Source: a virus. From it: 64,000 nt of DNA. Positions 1 through 9,616 of the stretch are shown piece after piece; position 1 is the stretch's first letter; the number at the start of each line of letters is the position of its first letter. The stretch lies in IMG/VR virus record IMGVR_UViG_3300029775_000166, positions 19,914 through 83,913 of that record; one strand, 5' to 3'. Below the pieces are notes generated by a model that was not told the origin of the DNA, did no database searches, and worked only from the letters and a program-made list of their open reading frames with translations. Both the position numbers and the translations under genes were made by a program.

Positions 1-2
1 GA

Positions 3-479
3 GGATATAACACTGTTAATAAAAAGCAAATGGTTGAGATTGCACAGGCACTAGGACTGACAGAAATTAAAAGTGTTAAAGATGTACAGGATACACCTGC
101 CGGACGTAAAAATAAAAATCTTATTTTAAAAGCGTTAAAGGATGCAAAATTTGAGTCAGGCGGATATATAGATGCAAGTATGGTTAGAAGTGTTGGAGAA
201 CATGGATTAGCATTAGTTAGACATGGAGAATCCGTACTGACGGTTGAACAGGGTAAATTATTTAGAGAATTGATTACTAATATAAAACCTTTAAATAATC
301 TTGTAAAATTAAATTCACCTGTTAATCATATGACTAATAATAATGTATCTCCAAAATTTGTATTCAATCTTAATGGAGGTACAATTACTAAGGATGCAAT
401 GCCTGACTTTAACAAAATGGTAAATGATGCGACTGAAAAGGTTACAGTTGAACTATTGAATATGGTACGTAAAAGGTAA
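3..479 (+). CDS. Tail tape measure protein, C-terminal part (5'-truncated by window)
   Basis: Frame is open from base 3. GGYID...GEHG...GESVLT resembles TMP C-termini; lies directly before Dit. Confidence 0.75.
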   Translation, partial: GYNTVNKKQMVEIAQALGLTEIKSVKDVQDTPAGRKNKNLILKALKDAKFESGGYIDASMVRSVGEHGLALVRHGESVLTVEQGKLFRELITNIKPLNNLVKLNSPVNHMTNNNVSPKFVFNLNGGTITKDAMPDFNKMVNDATEKVTVELLNMVRKR

Positions 480-486
480 TATATTA

Positions 487-520
487 GGCTGCTATTTCTT
501 CATCGGAATAGCAGTTTTTT
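487..520 (+). terminator. Intrinsic terminator
   Basis: GGCTGCTATTT/GAATAGCAGTT stem followed by a T-run. Confidence 0.6.
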
Positions 521-544
521 AAAATAATAAAAGGTGGTGTTAAA

Positions 545-1327
545 ATGACAATTAATAAAGGTATGAGATTTTTATATGCCGGTCAAGATTCCGAAGAATT
601 TGAAGTAATACTATGCTCTATTGGTAATATAAATACTGAAACAAATGATGAGGAAACTTCATTAGTAACATCAAAGTCTCCATTTAAAGATTCGTGGGAT
701 CTACATTATATTGAAAACACTGCACCACTTAACTTTACATTAACCATAGCTGATATTAATGGTTTATATTTAGACAGTGATAGACAACGTATATTGAAAA
801 GATGGTTATGTAAGGATAAAAGATATTGGTTACAGGTAGACCAAGATGATTTAACGGAAGTTTATTATTATTGTATTATGAATAATCCTCGACCGGTTAA
901 TAATGCTAAATTTACAGGTGGAATGGAATTAAATGTTATATGTGACTGTGGACATGCATGGTCATATTTACATAAAGAATTTTATGAAACAAACAATGGT
1001 GTATTAAATTTTGATTTTAATAATGTAGCTGATTATGATAATTATATTTTATATCCAACAGTGATAATTAGTCCAACTAAAAACGGTAATATATCTATTA
1101 GAAACAATACTACTGGTGACGAAGTTGTAATTAAAAATTGTATCACTAATGAAATTATAACAATTGACGGCAGAAGCGACAATGCAGAGACTACTTCTTA
1201 TAGACGGTTGCTTGATGATTGGAATAAAAATGTTGTTGAATTAATTACTGGTGTTAATAACTTGACTCTTACAGGTAATTTTAAAATGTTATTTGAATAT
1301 AGAATGCCAATAAGGGTTGGTGGATGA
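545..1327 (+). CDS. Distal tail protein (Dit, SPbeta YomH-like)
   Basis: Position between TMP and Tal; 260 aa; YPTVII..NG..I.N..TG and LTLTGN-type Dit motifs. Confidence 0.75.
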   Translation: MTINKGMRFLYAGQDSEEFEVILCSIGNINTETNDEETSLVTSKSPFKDSWDLHYIENTAPLNFTLTIADINGLYLDSDRQRILKRWLCKDKRYWLQVDQDDLTEVYYYCIMNNPRPVNNAKFTGGMELNVICDCGHAWSYLHKEFYETNNGVLNFDFNNVADYDNYILYPTVIISPTKNGNISIRNNTTGDEVVIKNCITNEIITIDGRSDNAETTSYRRLLDDWNKNVVELITGVNNLTLTGNFKMLFEYRMPIRVGG

Positions 1328-1545
1328 TAAAAAGCAAAGAGATAAATAGAAATCCATTTGCTTTTATGTTTTGCAACTATTTATAGAAGTAGGCAAGAAC
1401 CCCCCTGTGAATTTAGACGTTGAAGTTTTAGAAATAATAAATTAATGATATTAAAAATTAGCACTTGTAGAGATAGTAGATTATGAGATCTATAAAGCAG
1501 GAATCCTACTATTTTATAATAGTGACTTAAACTGAAAGGCGGTGA

Positions 1546-4500
1546 GTGATTTTGATATTTAGATACGATAAAAATCATAAATTGAGACAGAATCAAATTT
1601 TCTTGGCTAATCCTCAAAAAGATTATATTGGTGTTCTGACAAGTGCTAAGAATATTAAAGTAACTTTATTTATGAATGATCTTAATACTGCTTCATTTCG
1701 AATTTATAAATTTGAAAATAATATAGAAAATAAGAATTATACCGAACTTGAAATAAAAAGATTAGTTGAAATTAGATATATTGGATGGTTTCAAATTTCT
1801 AATGTCAAAGAACATGATGACGGAATGTATTCATATAAAGATATTACATGTATAGCATTAGAGAACGAATTAACCGGTAAGCGTATAGATGATATTAAGG
1901 GTGTTTTTGCATTATATGATATTACCGACACTGAACATAGTTTATTACATATAATTACAAGACAGACTGATTGGAAAATTGGACATGTAGATAATGAGTT
2001 AGTCGAAAAATGGCGTACATTTTCAATAGACTCTAATAAAATATATAATTTTCTTGTACAGGATGTAAGCAAATCATTTAGTTGTTTATTTTTATTTGAT
2101 GTTTATGAAAAGACTATCAATGCTTATAAATTAAGTAATTATGGTGAATTAACAGATATCATTATTTCAAAAAAAAATATATTACAAGAATATATTAGAG
2201 AATCAAGTTTGGATAATATTATTACAAAACTTCGTGTAACAGGCGCAGATGGATTAGATATTCGTGCGGTAAATCCTACTGGTTCAAATTATATTATCAA
2301 CGTAAATTATTTTAAGAATACTGGTTGGATGTCACAAGGACTTGTAGATGCATTAGATAATTATGAAAATGCGCTTAATTCTATTGCAAAAACATATACT
2401 ACTACTCTCTCACTTTATAAACAACGGCAGAGCGAATTAACTGTATTAAATGCAGATTTAGAGACACTAAATGCAAATAAAAAAGCAAAGGAAAATGTTC
2501 AGGGTTCATATGTTCAATTATACAATGGCACTCCTCCTTCAACATCTAATGAGTATCAATTATACATAGAAGCAGTAAACGAATTAGCAGATACAAATAG
2601 ACAAATCGCAATTAAAAAAAAAGAAATTCTTAATAAGGAAAATCAAATTGATGACATTAGACAGCAATTAGATGACATCGGTACATCATTAGATCAATCT
2701 AAATATTTTACGAAAGCACATTTGACTGAACTTGAAGTATTTTTAACTGAGAATGATGAATATCAAGATTCAACTTTTATTGCCACAGATACTATGACAG
2801 CAGAAGAAATTATTGATATGAAGCTAGAGTTGTTAGAAAATGCTAAAGAAGAATTAAAAAGGGCAAGTCAACCTCAGTATACGGTAGAAATATTAGCAAG
2901 TAATTTGTATTCAATCATTGATGATGATACTAGAAAATTGTCTTATGACAAATGGAAAGAGCAACTTCAATTAGGAAATATAATAACAATTAAATTTGAA
3001 AAAGGGTATATTACAACTGCTAGGCTGATAAAGATTGAAATAGATTTTGATAATTTGGCTGATTTAAAACTTACATTTAGTGATAAGAGCAGATTTGATA
3101 ATGAACTTACTGAACTTGGTGAATTAATTGCGGATGCTGGAAGAACTTCTAATTCTATGTCATTATCTAAATTTGGATGGGATAAAGCATCTAAGTTAAC
3201 TTCTCCTGTTCAAGAATTTATAACTAGCACTTTAAATGCCACAGTTAATGCTATACAATCCAATGACAATCAAGATATGTATTTTGATACCTATGGTTTA
3301 CATATGCGCAAATGGTTACCAGATCAAAATAAATATGACGATAAACAAGCGTGGTGGACTAACAATATATTGTTATTCTCTGATGATGGTTTTAAGTCTG
3401 CTAAAACTGGTATAGGACAATTTACTACTGAAGCAGGTGAAACATTTTATGGATTTATAGGTGAAGCAATTATTAGTAACATTGTTGCATCTGAATCTTT
3501 AACTATAAAGAATGCCAATAATACATTTATTGTAGATAAAAATGGTGCTTTATTGATTGATGCTAATTTTACAATTACAAGAGGAAATAACAAAATAGTT
3601 CTCGATCCTATAGAAGGATTTAGTATTTATAATAAAAGTGATAAAGTTATATTCCTCGATTCCAATGGTGATGCAAATTTTAAAGGGCATATTACCGCTA
3701 GTAGTATTACATTAACAAATGCTATTGGTCTAACTATTAATAATGGTAATGGAACTTTTACAGTAAGTGCAGATGGTCATATTCACGCTGAATCCGGTGA
3801 TATTGCAGGATTTATTATGGATAATAATGTTTTGTGGGCAGGTAAAGATACTAAATATATTAGGATAAGTTCTGATCATACTTATATAAATGATCAATAT
3901 GGTGCTATTGACTTAGGACTTTCACCTGAAATAAATCCTAGTACTGGAATGAAAGATACCATTATACACCTTAGATCAGATGGATATGCACGTTTTGGAT
4001 TAAACGCACTAGATGGATCAGTTAAATTCAACTATAAAGATCAAGATTTTACCGGTAAGAATAAAACATTTACATTTTATACAAAAAACTTTAGAATAGC
4101 TAATGATGGATTGGTAACTTCAACTGGTATAAACTTGAAAAACGGTAGTCCAATACGTGGATATAGTACAAACGGTATTCCTCATAATTTAGTTAATTTT
4201 TCTCCCAATGATAATGTAGTTGTTGGACAGGAAAACGATCCTCAAAATACACATATTTATGGATTAGATGAACTTGCATTCTATATTGGATCAGATAATA
4301 ATAAAGCATTTATTATGAGTCCAGATAAATTTAGTTTTAAATTGCCTATAGAGCTAAATGGTAATTTAGATGTTGCAGGTGATTTAGGAGTTAAAGGTAA
4401 TGAAACTGTGTCTGGAAATTTAAGTGTAAGTGGGAAAACTACAACTAATACTCTATCATCTTCTGGTAATATTACAATGGGAGGTAATTTAGTAGCAACA

Positions 4501-4719
4501 CAAACATGGGTAAAGGCTCAAGATTATGCAACTAAAGCAGAGTTGGACTCGGCTAAGACTACTTATTATAATCAAGGTAAAGCATATGGTGAATCATTAC
4601 ACGCTGGTGATTATAGTAGAGGGTATAATTCTGGTGAAAGAGACGGCTATAGTAGAGGTTATAGTGAAGGTTATGCTAAGGGGCTTTCTGAAGGTCAAAG
4701 TCAAGGTGGCACAGATTAA
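1546..4719 (+). CDS. Tail-associated lysin/tail spike (prophage endopeptidase-tail family) with coiled-coil and beta-rich C-terminus
   Basis: 1057 aa after Dit; WKIGHVD, IITKLRVTGADGLDI..VNPTG motifs; C-terminal GYxxG repeats. Confidence 0.75.
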   Translation: MILIFRYDKNHKLRQNQIFLANPQKDYIGVLTSAKNIKVTLFMNDLNTASFRIYKFENNIENKNYTELEIKRLVEIRYIGWFQISNVKEHDDGMYSYKDITCIALENELTGKRIDDIKGVFALYDITDTEHSLLHIITRQTDWKIGHVDNELVEKWRTFSIDSNKIYNFLVQDVSKSFSCLFLFDVYEKTINAYKLSNYGELTDIIISKKNILQEYIRESSLDNIITKLRVTGADGLDIRAVNPTGSNYIINVNYFKNTGWMSQGLVDALDNYENALNSIAKTYTTTLSLYKQRQSELTVLNADLETLNANKKAKENVQGSYVQLYNGTPPSTSNEYQLYIEAVNELADTNRQIAIKKKEILNKENQIDDIRQQLDDIGTSLDQSKYFTKAHLTELEVFLTENDEYQDSTFIATDTMTAEEIIDMKLELLENAKEELKRASQPQYTVEILASNLYSIIDDDTRKLSYDKWKEQLQLGNIITIKFEKGYITTARLIKIEIDFDNLADLKLTFSDKSRFDNELTELGELIADAGRTSNSMSLSKFGWDKASKLTSPVQEFITSTLNATVNAIQSNDNQDMYFDTYGLHMRKWLPDQNKYDDKQAWWTNNILLFSDDGFKSAKTGIGQFTTEAGETFYGFIGEAIISNIVASESLTIKNANNTFIVDKNGALLIDANFTITRGNNKIVLDPIEGFSIYNKSDKVIFLDSNGDANFKGHITASSITLTNAIGLTINNGNGTFTVSADGHIHAESGDIAGFIMDNNVLWAGKDTKYIRISSDHTYINDQYGAIDLGLSPEINPSTGMKDTIIHLRSDGYARFGLNALDGSVKFNYKDQDFTGKNKTFTFYTKNFRIANDGLVTSTGINLKNGSPIRGYSTNGIPHNLVNFSPNDNVVVGQENDPQNTHIYGLDELAFYIGSDNNKAFIMSPDKFSFKLPIELNGNLDVAGDLGVKGNETVSGNLSVSGKTTTNTLSSSGNITMGGNLVATQTWVKAQDYATKAELDSAKTTYYNQGKAYGESLHAGDYSRGYNSGERDGYSRGYSEGYAKGLSEGQSQGGTD

Positions 4720-4744
4720 ATAAGTGGTCGGTAAACTTTAAAAA

Positions 4745-4776
4745 TAAAAGGAACTGGATATTTTCAGTTCCTTTTA
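4745..4776. terminator. Bidirectional terminator between convergent genes
   Basis: TAAAAGGAACTG/CAGTTCCTTTTA perfect inverted repeat. Confidence 0.75.
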
Positions 4777-4782
4777 TATAAA

Positions 4783-5574
4783 CTATTCAAAATTATAATC
4801 ATATACAAGTTTGCAACCTGTTGTTACTTCTACATCAAATTTAACATATTTTTTGTTACCAATAATTTGACTAAGGGTTTTTGTATTTTCATTACCAAAA
4901 TACTTAACCAAATCATCATCGTTGATCATGTTATATATTGCATCGTCACTGTCTATATATTCAGCAATCATTACAAGAAGATACTCGCCATTACGTACTT
5001 TATTAAATCCATAAGTGGATATGTTATTATTACCTTCGTAATAAAAAGATGATTGTTTATAAAAAGTTTTTGGATCTTCATTTTCAATTAATATATTTTT
5101 TAATTCTTTTAATTCATATATAGGTTGTTCTTTATCTTTAGGGATTAATAATAAATCTACTGTACAAGGATTTACTTTATTTTCGTTATTAGTGTCAATA
5201 TATGTTACTCCACCTGTAATACTTCCTACTTGTTCAGGTATTACAGTTACGTTGCATTTATATTTCTTTTTTTGATAAGTTGCTGTAATTGTTGCTTCTC
5301 CTGCGGATTTGCCAGTAATTCTTCCATAGTTATTTACTGTTGCGACAGATTTATCACTAGATCTCCATTTCATATCAGATTTTATAGGCTTATCATCTTT
5401 TAATAATTGTACGTCATAACAAATTACTTTTTCTTCAATTGTTAATTCAGTGAGGCTTAATTTAATGTTACTCTTTTTTGATTTTGCATATGCTATGGAG
5501 CTACCGGTATATGCTGTAAAAACTATTGCTAATACGAGTACTAATGCAATTTTTAATTTATTTACTATTTTCAT
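4783..5574 (-). CDS. Secreted Ig-like (Big_2) domain protein; moron
   Basis: Signal peptide (..SIAYA); WRSSDKSVATVNNYGRITGKSAGEATITAT Big_2 motif; antisense to the tail operon. Confidence 0.8.
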   Translation of the reverse strand: MKIVNKLKIALVLVLAIVFTAYTGSSIAYAKSKKSNIKLSLTELTIEEKVICYDVQLLKDDKPIKSDMKWRSSDKSVATVNNYGRITGKSAGEATITATYQKKKYKCNVTVIPEQVGSITGGVTYIDTNNENKVNPCTVDLLLIPKDKEQPIYELKELKNILIENEDPKTFYKQSSFYYEGNNNISTYGFNKVRNGEYLLVMIAEYIDSDDAIYNMINDDDLVKYFGNENTKTLSQIIGNKKYVKFDVEVTTGCKLVYDYNFE

Positions 5575-5630
5575 TGGTTCTCCTCCTTTGTGTAATAGAT
5601 AGTGAACGTTGGTATGATGTTATATACCAA

Positions 5631-5659
5631 ATTATACCACAATTATAACTAAAAATCAA
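5631..5659 (-). promoter_or_regulatory. SigA-type promoter of the moron
   Basis: TTGATT-17bp-TGnTATAAT on the minus strand. Confidence 0.65.
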
Positions 5660-5822
5660 CAATAAAAAAACAATATTGTAAATTGAATACTCGCTACGCA
5701 CTCTCGTGACTTTAGTCATGAGTTAGTGGCGACATATGTTAATATAAAAACATAATCAATATACTGAAAACACTTGATTTCTAAATATACATATGTTATA
5801 TTATATTTAGAGGTGATAATAT

Positions 5823-6227
5823 ATGGCAGACATACACAAAGGAAGAGGATATGTGTATTCAATACAATATCATATAGTATGGTGTGTAAAATATAGACAT
5901 AAAGTAATTAATGGCGAAATAGAAAATAAATTAAAAGAAATAATATATAAAATAGCAGAAGATAATAATTTTATTATCGAAGAAATGGAAACTGATTTAG
6001 ACCACATACACTTATTAATAGAATGTAGTCCCCAACATTACATACCTAATATAATAAAAGCATTAAAAGGAGTGTCTGCTAGACTATTAATGAAGGAGTA
6101 TGGATGTGTATTAAAAAGGAAATTATGGGGAGGACATTTATGGAATCCTAGTTATTTTATCGCCACAGTAAGTGAAAATACAGAGGAACAAATAAGAAAT
6201 TATATTCAAAGTCAAAAAATCAAATAG
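5823..6227 (+). CDS. tnpA: IS200/IS605 Y1 HUH transposase
   Basis: YHIVWCVKYR, DHIH (HUH), LWNPSYF catalytic Tyr. Confidence 0.95.
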   Translation: MADIHKGRGYVYSIQYHIVWCVKYRHKVINGEIENKLKEIIYKIAEDNNFIIEEMETDLDHIHLLIECSPQHYIPNIIKALKGVSARLLMKEYGCVLKRKLWGGHLWNPSYFIATVSENTEEQIRNYIQSQKIK

Positions 6228-6247
6228 AAAGGTAGGTGAATTTATCT

Positions 6248-7393
6248 ATGAAAACTGTAATAAAAGGATATAAATATAGAATATATCCAACCAAAGAACA
6301 AGAAGTGCAATTAGCTAAAACTTTTGGTTCATGTAGATTTGTTTATAATCAAATATTAGCAAAGAAAATAGAATTATATAGAACAGATAAAAAATCTATA
6401 AGCAAAACAGATTGTAACAATTATTGTAATAGAGAATTAAAAAAGCAATATCTATGGCTCAAAGAAGTAGATAAATTTGCTTTAACTAATTCTATTTATG
6501 ATTTGGATAGAGCTTATCAAAATTTCTTTAGAGAAGTAAAAAAGGGTAATAAAAATCAAGGATTCCCCAAATTTAAGTCAAAGAAAAATCACTATTATTC
6601 TTATAAAACTAATTTTACAAATAACAATATTAAAGTAGATTTTGAGAATAATAGAGTTCAGCTACCTAAACTAAAATGGTTAAAAGCTAAACTTCATAGA
6701 CATTTTGATGGTAGAATATTGTTCGCTACAATAAGCAAAACTCCTAGTGGTAAATATTTTGTTAGTTTTAATGTAGAATGTGAACATAAGGAACTAAAAC
6801 AAAACAATAACTCATTAGGAATGGATTTAGGAATTAAAGATTTATTAATTACGTCAGATGGCGAAGTATTTGATAATAAAAAATTAACATATAAATATGA
6901 GTTAAAATTAGCTAAATTACAAAGACAGATTGCTAAAAAGAAGATAGGTAGTAACAAATGGAAGAAACAAAGAGTTAAAATTGCTAGAATATATGAAAAA
7001 ATAACCAATATTAGAAAAGATAATTTAAATAAGATTTCTCACCAAATAGTTAAGGAAAATCAACTTATATTTAGTGAAAATCTTAATATAAAAGGTATGG
7101 TTAAAAATCATAATTTAGCAAAATCTATTCATGATTGTAGTTGGTATGAATTAACAAGACAACTAGCTTATAAATCAGAATGGAATAATCGTATTTATCA
7201 TAAGGTTGATAGATATTATCCTTCAAGTCAATTATGTAATGTATGTGGATATAAAAATAAAGATACTAAAAATTTAGGTGTTAGATTTTGGATATGTCCT
7301 GAATGTCATACAAAACATGATAGAGATATAAATGCTAGTATAAATATTCTTAATCAAGGATTAAAGGATTTAGGATCAGATAAGGCAGTTTAA
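6248..7393 (+). CDS. tnpB: TnpB RNA-guided nuclease (copy 1), RuvC D-E-D intact
   Basis: GMDLG / FSENL / HDRDINA; CNVCG..CPEC zinc finger; ATG 6248 after RBS (alternative GTG 6236). Confidence 0.95.
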   Translation: MKTVIKGYKYRIYPTKEQEVQLAKTFGSCRFVYNQILAKKIELYRTDKKSISKTDCNNYCNRELKKQYLWLKEVDKFALTNSIYDLDRAYQNFFREVKKGNKNQGFPKFKSKKNHYYSYKTNFTNNNIKVDFENNRVQLPKLKWLKAKLHRHFDGRILFATISKTPSGKYFVSFNVECEHKELKQNNNSLGMDLGIKDLLITSDGEVFDNKKLTYKYELKLAKLQRQIAKKKIGSNKWKKQRVKIARIYEKITNIRKDNLNKISHQIVKENQLIFSENLNIKGMVKNHNLAKSIHDCSWYELTRQLAYKSEWNNRIYHKVDRYYPSSQLCNVCGYKNKDTKNLGVRFWICPECHTKHDRDINASINILNQGLKDLGSDKAV

Positions 7394-7394
7394 A

Positions 7395-7524
7395 TATATA
7401 AAAACAATAGGGTAGGAACTATCCAAATTAAGACGCCCATGGAGTTAGTAGGTTACGAGGACTATGAAGTGGGAAAATGATAGAGTAATCTTGAAGCACG
7501 CGACTTTAGTCGTGTGAGGTTCAC
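7395..7524 (+). ncRNA. omegaRNA scaffold/right end of TnpB1 element
   Basis: Post-tnpB region ending in CACGCGAC-TTTA-GTCGTGTG hairpin and GGTTCAC; 5' limit uncertain. Confidence 0.7.
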
Positions 7525-7758
7525 GTAGATAAAGACCATATACACATGATGATTGAAAGTGAACCAAAACTATCTCCATTGATGATAGTTAGAGTCTTAA
7601 AACAACAATCAACACAAATTATATATGGTCGTCATCGAAATGAATTAAAGAAACAATTTTGGAAAGAAAACACATTTTGGACTGATGGATATTTCTGTTC
7701 AAGCATTGGAGAGGTTAGTAGTGAAACGTTAAAACGATACATAGAAAATCAAGGCTGA
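7525..7758 (+). pseudogene. tnpA: 3' half of a second tnpA, truncated just before the HUH motif
   Basis: In-frame VDKDHIHMM...FWTDGYFCSSIG..YIENQG begins at the base after RE1. Confidence 0.9.
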
Positions 7759-7895
7759 TTATTAATATATTTGTTGATAACAGTTAAAATCAAATTATTT
7801 ACACTTCTGTTATCTTCCTTTGCTAACTTTTCAAGTCTTTCTTTTGTTTCTTTCGGCATGGTAACAAGTACTCTAGTATTGTTATCAGATATCAT
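7749..7895 (-). CDS. Ribbon-helix-helix (CopG/Arc-like) DNA-binding protein, 48 aa
   Basis: GGAGGTG RBS; TRVLVTMPKETKERLEKLAKEDNRSVNNLI RHH signature. Confidence 0.8.
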   Translation of the reverse strand: MISDNNTRVLVTMPKETKERLEKLAKEDNRSVNNLILTVINKYINNQP

Positions 7896-7914
7896 AAATT
7901 TCACCTCCAAAAGT

Positions 7915-7965
7915 ATTATATCATATAATATTTTAGTTGACAAGGTGATATCACTATGATATAAT
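7915..7965. promoter_or_regulatory. Back-to-back overlapping SigA promoters with palindromic operator
   Basis: + TTGACA(7937)-17-TATAAT(7960); - TTGTCA-17-TATAAT(7920-7915); GTGATATCAC 7945-7954. Confidence 0.8.
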
Positions 7966-7991
7966 TATTTTTAGAAAGGAGATGATTATAA

Positions 7992-9095
7992 ATGTTGAAA
8001 GCATACAAATATAGACTTTATCCAAATAAAGAACAACAAGAATATTTTGCAAAAACTTTTGGATGTGTACGATTCATTTATAATCGTATGCTTTCTGATA
8101 AAATCGAGTATTACAAAGAAACAAAGCAGAAACTAAATAATACTCCCGCTCAATATAAGAAAGAATTTGAGTGGTTAAAAGAAGTAGATTCTCTTGCTTT
8201 AGCTAATGCTCAAATGAACTTACAAACGGCTTATAATAACTTTTTCAAAAGACCAGATGTAGGATTTCCAAAATTCAAAAGTAAGAAAAATAATCACTAT
8301 TCTTACACTACTAATAATCAAGGTGGTAATATTTATGTATCAGATAAATATATTAAATTACCAAAGATTGGATTAGTTAAAGTTAAGAAACATAGGGAAT
8401 TTGATGGACTTATAAAATCAGTAACTGTTTCTAAAGTACCAAGTGGTAAGTACTATGTGTCAGTATTAGTAAAACAAGAAGATATTGAAAAGTTACCAGA
8501 ATGCAGTAATACTCTAGGTATTGATTTGGGAATTAAAGAATTTGCAATTACTTCTAATGGAGAAATGATTGAGAACCCAAAGTTTCTAAGACAATCGGAA
8601 GATAGATTGAGAAAACTACAGAAAGATTTATCAAGAACTAAAAAAGGGAGTAAAAACCGAAACAAATGTAGAATTAAAGTCGCCAAGCAACATGAGAAGA
8701 TAGCAAATCAAAGAAAAGATTTCTTAAATAAGTTGTCGAAAAGGTTAATTAACGAAAATCAAGTAACTGCTTTAGAGACATTAAAAATAAAAAACATGAT
8801 GAAAAATCACAAACTTGCAAAATCTGTAGCCGATGTATCATGGTCAGAATTTGTACGACAACTAGAATATAAAGCTAATTGGTGTGGACGAGAAATTTTG
8901 CGAATTGACACTTGGTATCCTTCAAGTCAAATTTGTTCTTGTTGTGGACATAAGGATGGTAAGAAATCATTGTCAATTAGAGAATGGACTTGTTCAGAAT
9001 GTGGCACTCATCACGAAAGAGATATTAATGCAGCAATAAACATACTAAATGAAGGTTTGAGAAATAGAATCGTAGGAACTACGAGGATAGCTTAG
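7992..9095 (+). CDS. tnpB: TnpB RNA-guided nuclease (copy 2), RuvC D-E-D intact
   Basis: GIDLG / ALETL / HERDINA; zinc finger present. Confidence 0.95.
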   Translation: MLKAYKYRLYPNKEQQEYFAKTFGCVRFIYNRMLSDKIEYYKETKQKLNNTPAQYKKEFEWLKEVDSLALANAQMNLQTAYNNFFKRPDVGFPKFKSKKNNHYSYTTNNQGGNIYVSDKYIKLPKIGLVKVKKHREFDGLIKSVTVSKVPSGKYYVSVLVKQEDIEKLPECSNTLGIDLGIKEFAITSNGEMIENPKFLRQSEDRLRKLQKDLSRTKKGSKNRNKCRIKVAKQHEKIANQRKDFLNKLSKRLINENQVTALETLKIKNMMKNHKLAKSVADVSWSEFVRQLEYKANWCGREILRIDTWYPSSQICSCCGHKDGKKSLSIREWTCSECGTHHERDINAAINILNEGLRNRIVGTTRIA

Positions 9096-9161
9096 GTAAA
9101 CTTGTCTCGTTAGAGATATTGACTAAGAAGCCGACAAGTCTTTAGCTTGGCGGTAGTTCAC
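9000..9161 (+). ncRNA. omegaRNA scaffold/right end of TnpB2 element
   Basis: Ends GAAGCCGACAAGTCTTTAGCTTGGCGGTAGTTCAC; near-identical copy at 42411-42571; 5' limit uncertain. Confidence 0.75.
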
Positions 9162-9190
9162 TATAACAAATAGAAAGGAATTTTATAATT

Positions 9191-9577
9191 ATGAAGATTA
9201 AATATAGTGAAGCTTTAAACATTTTGGATGCATGTAAGGAATTATTAAAGATTGATATCAATGATATTAAGGTAAGAGTAAAAATTGTTAAAAATATTAG
9301 GAATCTTGAGAATTTATTAAAGACATATACTGAATGTGATTATAATCTGCTAACAAAATATGCTATTAAAGATGATGATGGTAATATAAAGGTGTTTGAA
9401 GATAATACATATAGAATTACACCGAAATATATTCCTGAGTATAACAAGCAAAAAAATGAATTATTAAATGTAGAAGATGAAGTAGAATTATTGCATTTTA
9501 CTATTGATGAATTATCAAAAGTAGATAACATTTCAAACGAAGTTTTACTGAATCTGGCAAATATTATAGATGAATAA
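9191..9577 (+). CDS. Phage protein, probable tail assembly
   Basis: Good RBS; in tail operon. Confidence 0.5.
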   Translation: MKIKYSEALNILDACKELLKIDINDIKVRVKIVKNIRNLENLLKTYTECDYNLLTKYAIKDDDGNIKVFEDNTYRITPKYIPEYNKQKNELLNVEDEVELLHFTIDELSKVDNISNEVLLNLANIIDE

Positions 9578-9616
9578 ATGAGATGTTCTATCTAAGGAAA
9601 GTGTGGTGATATTTAA

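Larger units (their letters stand above)
5688..9161 (+). mobile_element. Composite IS200/IS605 element (one left end, two right ends)
   Basis: LE hairpin CTCGTGAC-TTTA-GTCATGAG 5703-5722; RE1 hairpin ending TTCAC at 7524; RE2 hairpin ending TTCAC at 9161; left boundary approximate. Confidence 0.8.

Noticed and set aside
4560-4719. GYxxG repeats at the Tal C-terminus
   Set aside because: Low-complexity helical tail seen in many phage proteins; no specific function supportable
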